The position numbers and the translations under genes were made by a program. Under the pieces are notes generated by a model. The model saw nothing but the letters and a program-made list of their open reading frames with translations. It had not been told where the DNA came from and did no database searches. A DNA stretch of 64,000 bases, taken from contig CP154954.1 in the NCBI GenBank assembly GCA_039621445.1, positions 9,488,634-9,552,633 of the forward strand, written 5' to 3'. This DNA comes from Euglena gracilis (Eukaryota). The stretch's first letter is position 1. Each line of letters starts with the position of its first letter. Positions 13,340-25,200 of the stretch are shown here, piece after piece.

Positions 13340-14524
13340 ATAATGGGGGGGGGATGGTAGCTCACTGTCGTAACACTTTTTCTAAAGAATTTCCCAAAAA
13401 AATGCTCAAAAATCGACGTTTTTGGGACGTTTTCAAAAAGTGATATTTGGCAAATGTGCTGAAAATTGACCATTTATTGCAAACATCCAAAAAGTTGCCA
13501 AAAATGACCCCTTTTGGGCTGTTCGGTCGGGTCTGGGAGTGGGACCTGGGTACCCCCCCCATTGTGTACCTCCCCCCCATTACGATCCCCCCCCCCATTA
13601 TGTACCCCCCCCCATTAGGTACCCCCTGGGGGGGAGGTACATAATGCTGGGGGATGGTAGCTCACTGTCATAACACTTTTTCTAAAGAATTTCCCAAAAA
13701 ATGCTCAAAAATCGACGTTTTTGGGACGTTTTCAAAAAGTGATATTTGGCAAATGTGCTGAAAATTGACCATTTATTGCAAACATCCAAAAAGTTGCCAA
13801 AAATGACCCCTTTTGGGCTGTTCGGTCGGGTCTGGGAGTGGGACCTGGGTACCCCCCCCATTGTGTACCTCCCCCACATTACGATCCCCCCCCATTATGT
13901 ACCCCCCCCATTAGGTACCCCCTGGGGGGGAGGTACATAATGCTGGGGGATGGTAGCTCACTGTCATAACACTTTTTCTAAAGAATTTCCCAAAAAATGC
14001 TCAAAAATCGACGTTTTTGGGACGTTTTCAAAAAGTGATATTTGGCAAATGTGCTGAAAATTGACCATTTATTGCAAACATCCAAAAAGTTGCCAAAAAT
14101 GACCCCTTTTGGGCTGTTCGGTCGGGTCTGGGAGTGGGACCTGGGTACCCCCCCCATTGTGTACCTCCCCCACATTACGATCCCCCCCCATTATGTACCC
14201 CCCCCATTAGGTACCCCCTGGGGGGGAGGTACATAATGCTGGGGGATGGTAGCTCACTGTCATAACACTTTTTCTAAAGAATTTCCCAAAAAATGCTCAA
14301 AAATTGACGTTTTTGGGACGTTTTCAAAAAGTGATATTTGGCACATGTGCTGAAAATTGACCATTTATTGCAAACATCCAAAAAGTTGCCAAAAATGACC
14401 CCTTTTGGGCTGTTCGGTCGGGTCTGGGAATGGGACCTCCCCATTGTGTACCTCCCCCCCATTATGTACCTCCCCCCCAATTTCGGCCTCCCGGGGGGAG
14501 GTACATAATGGGGGGGGGGGGGAT
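13340..14524. repeat. Four tandem ~296-bp units inserted in the element A third ORF
   Basis: ORFs recur at 13447/13746/14042; unit has an AT-rich part plus CCCCCATTATGTACC motifs; block flanked by direct GGTAC (13335-13339, 14525-14529). Confidence 0.92.
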
Positions 14525-15619
14525 GGTACTCTGGACAATACGTCCTCAGTCCAAAATGGCTCACTGGCCTCATGAGGGACATCTGATCTTATCGATCTGA
14601 TTGTGGGTTTGCGCTTAGCGCCTTCAGAGGTTGCAGCCACATAGCTGGCCATGGGTATCGTTGGCCTATGGCATGCGCCAGAGCCATCTCCACCAGGAGG
14701 TGGTGGCTCATCATCCCGCCGCCTTTCAGCGGGCTTGCAGCCTTCGGCTGAGGGTTTAGCCTTAGGCTTTTTATGTTTGCCATATCGGCGTTCTTCCCGA
14801 GGGTCTGCCGGAGGCAGTGGTATTTCCGCTGTTGGCGGTTTCGGGGCTGCCGGTTTGGCAGGAGGTGGTTGCATTTCCGCCATTGGCGGTGCTGGTGCCG
14901 CTGGTTTCGCTGCTGGAACATCCAACTCCATTGGAGCTGTGACCGCAGCCTGTACGGCTGTTGAGCTGCTATCAGCAGCAGGAACCCGTTGGGTTTCTGG
15001 GGACAAGGCAATACAGTTGGTCAAACCTTGGGACCCCCCCCCTCCCCCCCCTGTACAGTCCAACCCCCCCCTCCCGGGACCCCCCCCCTCCCCCCCACTT
15101 CCAACCCCCCCGAGACAGATGAAATTTTTTTAAAAAAAACGCCTTGTTTTTTTGAAACAAAAAAAATGCTTTTTTAAGGGGGTGGTGCGGGTCGCGGGGG
15201 GGTCATGGGGGGGGTCACGGGGAGGGGGGGGGGTCACGGGGGAAGTATGACACTTTGTAGGTAGCCGGGAGGCAACATCCATGACGTGGCATCGTGATAA
15301 AATTGGTCATTTTTTGAAAAGGGAATTTTGTTAGGATTTTCTTGACCAACACGTTTTTGGGATGAAGTTTGGGCCATTTTTGACAAAATTCCGTTTTGGG
15401 TGGGGAAATGCACCAGTTTTTGGCACTTCTTTCAGGGGAAAGATTTTGGCCATGGGTGTGAAGGTGCATTGGGCGGACAAGGATACATGAAAGTTCATTG
15501 TTTTTTTTTAAAAAAATGCTTTTAAAAACAGAATGGCGAAGGATCGATTCTCGGGTCACGGGGGGGGGTCACGGGGGTGTAACTGGGGGGGGGGGCATGG
15601 GGGTAGTACCCCCTAAGAA

Positions 15620-15938
15620 AAAATATGTTTTTTTAAAAAAAAACAAAAAAACCTCATGGGGGTTTGGGGGAATTTTTTGAAACTTTTTCTTGAAAAAAGG
15701 TCTTTTTTCATCTCTGCAGCTTCGTAGTCTGTTAAAGGTGCTGGAAAAACTAAAAATACGTCACTTTTGATGACCAAAAAAATGACCTTAAAACCTTTTC
15801 GTCAAAAAATGGCCATTTTGCAAGGAAAAAACGTCAAATTTTGCTTTTTTAAAGAAAGAAAACAGGTTTTTGTGTGTTTTTCTTGAAAAAATATATATTT
15901 TTTGTTCTTTGTTGAAAAACAAAAAACCGTCAACCCTG
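15620..15938. mobile_element. AT-rich MITE-like repeat (same family as 20563-20965), within a larger ~15020-16220 insertion
   Basis: CTGGAAAAACT..GATGACCAAAAA..AAAAAATGGCCATTT.GCAAGGAAAAA shared with 20786-20895; ends CCGTCAACC, the reverse complement of GGTTGACGG at 20563. Confidence 0.55.
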
Positions 15939-18900
15939 GCTCAATTCCGCGTGGTGTGCCAAGGGGGAGTGATTGAAGCTGCTTCCTGCCTTTCTGCTAA
16001 GTGTTTAAAGTGAAAATACTGGCTACCACTCTTTTTACAAGACACAAATATTTTGCAAAATGCATCTGAATTTCGCAAAATCCATCATTACCAACCTCAG
16101 TTGGACGAAAAATGTCGCAACTGTCTCGGGGGTAGGCAGTACAGTTGTAATTTTCTGGGGAACCCCCCCCTGTACAGCTTCCAACACCCCCCCCCCCCGC
16201 GGACCCCCCCCTCCCCCCCTGTGCTTTGTCTCCTCTGGTGGGGATGCGGCAAGTGAGCCGCGAGGGGTCAGCACTGCCGATACTGCGTACATTGCCGCAG
16301 TCAGACCCTGTAGCACACCACCTAAAACACCTGTAGGTATTGTTGGTGATGCGACAGGTTCTGTCGGTGTTGGTGCCGTTGGCAGTGCTGGTAAGGAGAG
16401 GGGTGGTACCAGAGGTACCGCTGGCCGTTCAGCCTCAGGTGTAGGAGATTCGGTTTCTGAGCTTACATCTCCTTCAGGCGGAAGGGGTGTTCTGGAGCCC
16501 AGTGGGGCTGGGGGGAGAGTTGGGTGCTGAGGTTCATCAGCACATATTTCTTCCAAACCTTCCATGCAGTCTTCACCGCTCTCTCCATCGCTCTCTTCAC
16601 TGCCCTCCACCGTTTCTGGTGAAGCGGCAGGGGCTGCTGGCTGTTCCGCTATAGCGGTAGGCATAGTTCCTATTTGCGCAGTCGCGCTGCTGGGTGCCGC
16701 TGTAGCGGGCTGGGGAGAAGAACTACCAACAGAAGATTGACTTTCCTGAGTGCCATCAGGGACAAAAGGTTCTGCTGTAGCCGATAGGCTTGATTCCAGA
16801 TAACGCCGACCACGCCCGAAGACGGGTGGTGGTGTCTCACCAGGAATTCCCCGGGGAACTGGCGTTGCCGGTTGCGGCTGAGCTGTGACTGACGTTGCCG
16901 GTTGCGGCTGGGTTGAGGATTCCGATGGCGGAACCAGGAATGGAATCGTCATTTTGACCACTGTAATTTAGTCGTCAAATTAGAACAGGGCGATCGTCAC
17001 TGACAGCCACTTCGGTCAAACGTGGGTTGCGCGTCATACGGAAAAAATTTTCTGTCAGACGTGTCGGTACGTTTGTCGGCATGAAAAACGCATATTGGTT
17101 GGCGGGAAACCAAGTTAACACGTCAAAAAACGTACCTTCCTAGTGGGGGGTAATTGCCTGAAGCCAGCACGAACGGCAAACAGAAACGGCCGTGCAAAGA
17201 CTTTTTAAACAGAGTGCAGCTAACACCATTTTCGGCCATTTTTTGGACAATTGTTGTCTTAAAAAAAATTGAAAGCTTGTGGGCTGGACCTGGACCTCCA
17301 AAGGGGGGTAACCAATCACCCCCCCCCCCCGGGAGGGGTATTGCTAGTACAAAAGTGGCCACAGCTGTTGCACAAAAAATGGACGCCATCAAACAAAAAT
17401 GGATCACACCTGTGTTACAAAAATGGACCCTACCAGTGGTACAACACAGGCCCACCAAAAAATGCCCCACCTGTGAACCAGAAACGGCTTTCAACTCTGG
17501 AACAGAAATGGGCTCCAGCTGAGGCACTATCCCGATCCAAAACCGAGTGGGTCCATCTGGGGGGAGGTCCTGTGAAAAACGTGAACCCTTTCTTCCTGGG
17601 TGTCTGGCAAATTGGACCTGGTGGGGTTTATTTGTTGGTGGTAATTTATTTGGAGCTGACGTGTAAGCCTGTCTTGACACTTTAAAAGCGTTGGACTCAC
17701 AGTGGTTCTTTTTGTGCAATCACAGTTCACTTTGCCATGCGTGCTATGCAACATTTTGAAGATGCCTAAATTTTGGTAATGTGGTGTGAGCTGGAAGGGC
17801 ACCTGTAGCATCCTGCTCTGCAAAATGAAAAAAAAAATGAGAAGGGACAGGGAGAAGAAAACAAACCTCCTGTCAACCCTTCCAGATAACCACTTCAATG
17901 ATCAGCCACCAACTCCTTCCATCTCCAGCACCACCAAAAAACTTGACTTCTTCCTTCTCCAGGAGCATCGGCTCAGTTCACTTCAACGATCTGGGGGGGA
18001 AAGAAACTCACAGCACACTAACCCAACTGCGAACCACACCAGTCCTCGGCCAGAATACGGTCAGATAAGAAAGGCAAAGTGCAGATGACCAACAAATGTG
18101 ACCAGCACCGGAAACCCGAAGACAAGGCAGGCAGCTTCCAATCGCGAGGACCAAAGCCATTGCGTGAATATTAATGAGTCCGTTCGATATACAACTTTTC
18201 CGCTTGTCAGCCCTTTTTCCAAAAAGTCAAGTATTCTGTCAAACGAAGGCGTTTGTCAGGTGAAATTTGCATTCCTGGGCGGAACCTCAGGAGCCGTCTG
18301 CGGCTTTGGGCGTTGTGCTTTTGGCACATGTCTTTTCCGTAATCGGAAAATGTCCCATGGTTTCCGTTCTTCTTCAACCATCCTGTGGTTGAAGCGCAGG
18401 AGGGGTAGGGCCATGCCCAACTCGTTAACTCTGCCACCTTGGAAAAATGGCTGGAACAAAGCTCTATCGAGCGTATCGCCGAATCGGCGTTTGACATAAT
18501 CGTCAATGCTTTCCTTCTCGAACCGGGGTCTGATGGGGACATAGTCCGGGGGAATCTCCCTATCGGGATTGAGATGATAATATATCTCCATGATCTGGCA
18601 GGTCCAAGCCCTGAACGAGAACTGTTGCAAATACAGCAGGAGTTGACGGTGGTTGCGTCACCCGTTCGAGCTTTGGTGAACATCCTTTGGATTTCTGCAG
18701 AGGTGCAGGAGCATGATGCGCTTTGGCGCTGTCTGCGGGATATTGGCCTGTTGGCCTCGTCGTCCTGACCTTCGGCCTGTGGTTGAGTACTGCGTACTCC
18801 GAATCCCCAGAAATCCACTGCAAACTTTTCGTAGCAGTGAGAGCATCGGACGATATACGTCTGGGGGAAGCGGTCAATATCGACCACTTCAAAGTGATAG

Positions 18901-20562
18901 GCATATTGCCAGTGGTAAAAGACTTGCAGATTGCTGCAGAACATGTTTCCCGCCAATTTGGCGATATTTTCAGGTAGTGGGTAAAACTCCCACTCCAGGC
19001 CTTTTGGGCCTACACTGCGAATGCAGTCGAATAACTGCCGTAGCAGGTCTTTACCTGTGTTGTATCGGTCTTCCCGACCACAATCCAGGTTTGGATAGCC
19101 ACAGGAGTTCAGGAGCCTGCCGAAATTTTGGGTGGGGTATCCTGCCTAGAACCAAACGTGCCAGAATCCGGGCAGATTGTCCAATATCGGACCGAGGATG
19201 GCATTGCCCTCAAAGGCATATAAAGTTCCATCATGGTGGAAATCACGATTTCGCTCCGTAAAGAGCTGTCTGGTCACAGTCACGACAGGGGAGGCGACCA
19301 GGATTGGAAGGTTAAGTTCATTTTGGAACTTCCGCATGGCCTCGAATGCGAGGTCATGAAGGCTCTGGATGTGCTTGAATAGAGCTTCCATGTCGTCCTC
19401 ATAGACGTTCCGGTATTGGCCTTTCTGGCCTTTGCCTTGGCCTTTTTGGCCTGCAGTAGGTGCTCGTTTAGGAGCACTTTTGGCTTTACCCTTGCCCGAT
19501 CGGGCTTCCCATCGGGCAATCTCTTCTCTAGCTTGTTTACAAGCATGAGGACTGAGATTGGATGCAAAACGGGGGCCCAAAAATGCAGGATTCATGTCGC
19601 TTGTTCGACCAAGGAGTTCCTGTGGGGGATAAGCCGTTTTTGGTGTTGGGTATGCTGCAGGTTGATCCTGCATATCCGCCAATAGCGGTGGGTTATTGTC
19701 AGTGAGGGGTTCGCCTCTAGGCGGATCGATGTAGGTGGGATTGCGTACACGTTCGCGAGTATCGTCAAGTATTTTCTGTACTCGTGCACGCTCCGCAGCT
19801 TCATGCTCGATTTCTGCCCCATGGGCTCTTTGGGCCAGTTCGGCTTGTTCGAGCTGTTGCTGAGTGGGTTCAGGAACAGGCAGTACCTCGGTTGCGGCCT
19901 GTTGGCCTGGTGGTACTGGTGTCTCCTGAGGTGGTGCCATTGGTGCTGTTACAGGCTGTGGCGCCATTGGCGCTGCTACAGGCTGTGGCGCGGTTGGCGC
20001 TGCTGCAGCTGCCGACGCCGCTGCTTTTGCTGGCACCGGTCTGGGGGGTTGCGCCATTGGCGCTGGCTTGGCCGGCACGGCAAACGGTACGGGCACGGGA
20101 GGCGGTGCGGCCTGTTGGCCACCCGATGCCCGACGTTGCTGTGCAGGGGTAGCCTGTCTGGCTGGGGCTGGGGCCGGGGGTTTTGGTCTCCCCATTGGGG
20201 ATGAAGATTCTGGTCTACCCCGTTTCCCTAGGTCTGCCGGCCTGTATGGCTGTGACGCATATCTGCGTTCTGCAGACTGTGGGCCCTGGAGCTGTTCCAG
20301 GGATTGGTAGTACCGGATGGCTTGCTGAGGTGATGTGAAGCGGGGTTATGGAAGGGGTTCATGTACCGTTGGTACATCCTCTTCCACAGCCATACGGCCT
20401 TCGGCCTCGGCCTGCTCCACATCCTCAGCCCAGGATACAGGCTCCTGAGCCACCGGCTGATCCCGTTGTACGGGTAACTGACTACCAGATTCCAAATGGG
20501 CTGGATATGAAAATTGTGGTAGTGCCGATGACGGTTGCGTCGTTGGCTGATACGCATATTCA

Positions 20563-20965
20563 AGGTTGACGGCTTGTTTTTTTTGAAACAAAAAAAACAT
20601 GTTTTTTTTAAAAAAATATGTTTTTTTAAAAAAAAACAAAAAAAAACCAATGGAGGGTTTCTGTGAAAAAAATCTATGAAAGTTATTTTAAAGGAAAAGG
20701 TCATTTTTTTCTTTGCAACTTCGCAGTCCGTAAAGGGTGATGGCTTTCACATGAACCATCATTTTAGTATTTTTGGATGAAGGGTCTGGAAAAACTGAAA
20801 AAAACGCCACTTTGATGACCAAAAACATGACTTTAGAACTTTTTCCTCAAAAAAATGGCCATTTCGCAAGGAAAAAGGTCAATTTTTGCTTTTTCAAAAA
20901 AAACATGTTTTTTTTGCGTTTTTTTAACAAAAAACATGTTTTTTTTTTTTTTTTGAGAAAAACAA
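20563..20965. mobile_element. AT-rich MITE-like insert splitting the element A third ORF
   Basis: Poly-A/T insert between two GC-rich coding fragments; inverted ends CTTGTTTTT / AAAAACAAG; second copy near 15620-15938. Confidence 0.6.
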
Positions 20966-22258
20966 GATAGACGTCGTCTTTGCGGATATTGCGTTGGGGG
21001 TTCCCGATATGCGGGTGGTGCATACGAGGAGGGGACTGGGTATCGCGAAAAATTCGCGATGGCTGCACCATTGGTGCTGGGATATCTCCCGCCTCGCTTT
21101 CCGCCACTGGGGGGCTACGCTCCCGCATATATTCGGTGAATGCACCTGTGTGATGACGAGTCCGCGGCATCGGCGGTACCTGGATACCCAGTGTAGTGTA
21201 CACTGTACGCATGCTGACATCAGGGGGATATTCCCCAGCCATGAAGTACACTTTCCCTGTCATCAGAGTTTGGCCACAAGCGCACCATTGTGCTATAGGC
21301 CTATTGGCCAGGCCCAAAATCTGACGACAGTGGGTATCCCACATCACTTGTAAGGAGGGGTCTGCTCTTTCGAGTGCGCTAACGCGCAGGGCAGTCCGCA
21401 GAGTTTTCTCTGCGAGATTCACTAATTCTGCGGTGAATGCGGGGTATGGCACTGTTGGTGCTGGCTGTGGCGTCTCATGCGCCGCAGGGATCGCATAAGC
21501 GGATATACTACTGCTGCTGACTGCAGTCATAGCCGCAGGCTCCTGACCGGGTTGAGCAGCAGGAGCGGGCATCGCGTGCACGGCGTGTACCTGGTGCGGG
21601 ACACCCTGTACGTGTTGAGATTGGGGTTGTGTTTGGGGTTGTTGAGTCATAACGTACTGTGGTGTATACAGGATGGGAGGTGAGGGACCAGGCATGGCGT
21701 AATGCGCCTGCTCCATTGGAGGTGCCTGTCCCTGCCTCGCATACTATTGTTGTTCCATTGGAACTTGGTGTACCTGCTGAGGGTGTGGTTATTCCATTGG
21801 AACTTGATATGCCTGTTGAGGCTGTGCCGCATATGCAGCACCCATTGGCACGGGGGCCGCATGAGCGACTGGTGGCGGTTGCGCCTGAGAGGGGGGCGGC
21901 ATTTGTGCCTGAGAGGGGGCTGGCATATGTGACTGAGAGGGGTATGGCATTTGTGCCTGTACCATTTGAGGTGGGGGTGGCATTTGTGCCTGAGCCGCAT
22001 AAGCGGCTGGAGGGGATTGATATACCGCATACGCGGGCGCCCCTTGGGCTGGGGGAGCCGCCGCATAGGCGTGTGGGGGGTATGGAGGGATGGCATACTG
22101 TAGGGGGCGGTCCTGGGCCGCGCCCTGGGTCTTGCATTGGTCCGGGGACCAAAAACAACAACAAAAGTAGCTTGATGAGCTGTAGAAAAAGAAGAGAGAA
22201 ATTAATTGGGTTTGTGAGAAAAACACAGAGAGGGGAGGAAAAGGCCCATACGCCGATT

Positions 22259-25200
22259 TCAAAAATTATTCACAGAAATGTCTATGTTATTTCTTTTATT
22301 CCACAGCTTCCAGTCCTGTTGGACATAACCAATAAAACTGGAGGCTGGCTCCCAGGTGTCCTCCTCTGGCCCATAGCCTTTCCACCTGACCTTCCAGCAA
22401 TGGACTCCCCGATCAATTTTGTGATCGAGGATTTTGTCTACCACAAAATCATCCGTTTTGGGTAACTTGGAACGGGGTTTGAAATAAAGGCACGGTAGTG
22501 CTTTGCCATTAGGCGGGGAAAGGTATGGCTTGAAATCATCCATGTGAACATCCTCGAACCCGTTTGGGCAGTGCCACCCTATAGCGGCCACTTTTGCCAA
22601 CACGTTCGAGAATTTCACAGGGCCCGATCCAGAGGGGGTCTATTTTGGAAGCTTGCATACGGATTCGGCTATTCCGAACCCATACGCGATCACCAGCACT
22701 ATAGCCAGGTGATTTGAATTCTTGCAAAAATGTACTTCTCTTTTGAGAATGGATATCGGTAATGCGTTTTTGAACAGTAGTTCTGAGAGACCCTACTTCA
22801 GAGAACCATGTCTCACAGGTTACGTAACTTCGAGCTGGTCTCTCTGATGATATATCACCAATCGCCGCCGGGTCTCGCCCAAAAACGATTTTATATGGGG
22901 ATTGCGGAAAAACTAAACCCGGTAGGGTGTTTATATAAAAGAAGGACCATGGCAAAACCTGGACCCAGGCCTGGCGCGAGTCAGCCAGTGAGAGGCGGAG
23001 CATATTTACAACAGCCTTCACTGCTGCCTCGGCGCGGCCACTGCCCTTCGGGCGATATATAATGGAAAAATGTTGTTCGATTCCCAGTAAACCACATAGG
23101 GTTGTGAAGAATCGGGAAGAGATCAAATGATCTTGATCACTGACAATCTCATTCGGCAAGCCCATTAGGCAGACACACTTCTCCATAAATATCTGCGCTA
23201 AAATTTGCGCGGTCAACCCTGCCTTTTGGCATGGAATGGCTACTATGTAACCACTCAAGCGACAGACAACTACAAAAACATAATCGTAAATTTTGCCGTC
23301 TGATCCTTAACAAGGTTCTAATTCGAGAAAATCCATGCAGAGGGACGTAAAAATGTCAGGGGGTACGGGGAAAAAATCAAGCGCACCAGGGGGGGTACCT
23401 CTGCGCGGTTTCACGGCTTGACAAATTTGCACCATTGCGAAATTTGCAAGCAGCGCGAATGCAAATCTTTTTCTTTCAGGGTTGTACAATACCTGCGACC
23501 CACCAAAGAAAGATGTTTGGGGGCCCCAGGGTGAACTTGGTTGTGTTAACACAAAAGTACTTCATCAACCAAGTCACGGGGTATACAATATTTATATCCC
23601 GCATCATCGCGGTAAACCAACCGTAAAGGGGAGAGAGTATAATTATGTACAACTTCGCCATTGCGCAGTCTGTGCACTATCGTGCTATATACAGGGTCAT
23701 GGGAATAATCCCATTCGCGAAAGAAGAGGGGGGAAGGAGATTCAGATCGCGTAGTGCGACGGGGGCCAGGTGTGCGGCCTCGTCGCCTTCTCCCCCGTAT
23801 AGGAGAGACTGGCAACGAACGAAAAATCGATGAAACGGGAAAAGAGTCCAACATATCGTCGGCTGCGTCATATCGACGTGCATATTCATCAGCCTCTTGG
23901 CTACCATGAAAGATGGCATCACCTTCATCCGGGTTACCGGGGTAATCCCAGGGTGCTCGACTGAGCGGGTCTGCTACTTTATGTGTATGGCCAGGGGTAT
24001 ATACAACCACTAGGTTCAATTGGCTCAAAAATTCATGCCATCGGCATCTTCGGCCTACAGAAGACCCCAGGGACAATAAAGGGGGGGGGACAATAAAGGG
24101 GGGGGGGTGGTATTTGCACCAAGGAACTGGCGACCCAACTACGGAATTTTTGCAAAATAAGTACGATTGTGTACGTTTCCTTCTCACGGATACTCCATTT
24201 GACTTGGCCTTTGCCAGCTTCACCTTGTAGCTTTCTACTGAAAAATGCTACAGGGCGTAATTAGTTAGCCGCGTTATGCTGGCTTAGAACACCGCCTTCA
24301 GCATAATCGCTGCTATCGACTTCTAGCACATAAGGCTTGTAGGGATCCACGATGTCGAGTACGACATTTTCAAGCATTAGCTTTTTAATGATCTCTAGAG
24401 ATTTACGCATATCTGCGTCCCATTTGATTTTTGTATTTTCGGGTGCGCGATTTTTGACCTGCCTCGTTAGAGGTACCGCGATTTTCGCGAAATCTTTCAT
24501 GTAAATCGCGTAGTATTGGGCTAATCCCAAAAATCCTTTCAAATGGGTGATGGTCTTGATGACCTCAGGTGTCCATTTCTTAATGGCCTCTAGTTTGCTA
24601 GGCGCCGCTCGGCGTTGGCCATAAGAATGTGACCACAAAACTTTATCGTTTCGCGAAATAAGTGCATTTTAGCACCTTTGACAAAAAGTCTATGCTTGAG
24701 AAATGCGGCTAATACCGCGCGAACATCACGATAGTGAATATCGAGAATATTCTCGTGTGTATTCGCTGAAGGAGGGGGGGTACCAACCAAAACATCATCA
24801 ATGTATACCAGCGCAAACGGAAAATCCCGTAAGACCCATTGGATCATGCGCTGAAACATTGCTGGTCCATTCTTAACACCCATTGGTAAAACTGTCCATT
24901 GGTAAACACCTCTGGATGTTACAAAAGCCATATAGGCTTGCGAATCGGGATCCAGATGCTTTTGGTGGAAACCATCCTCCAGGTTGAAAATTGACCACAA
25001 GCGGTTATCCACTTGTTTTGTGATGAGGTCCTCTATTAGAGGTAGCGGGAATGGGTCATCCTTAGTTTGCGAATTTAGGTACCGATAATCCAGTACCAGC
25101 CTCCACTTTTTCTGACCTGATGGGTCTGGGGGCTCAGGAACCACAAAAGCTTGGGAGGTCCATTCACTCTTGGAAGGGATGATCCACTTCCGCTCTATGA

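Larger units (their letters stand above)
12830..22140 (-). pseudogene. Fragmented third (accessory) ORF of element A, split by several insertions
   Basis: Pieces match element B 41579-47100: PIAQWCACGQTLMTG, LYAFEG...PGFWHVWF, VDFWGFGVR, RRFGDTLDR, LTPRG, WTEDVL, LNKWIKPLF, HTWRFWNAKSPRV, CTACH..HIC..CAALVCGDCL. Confidence 0.85.
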
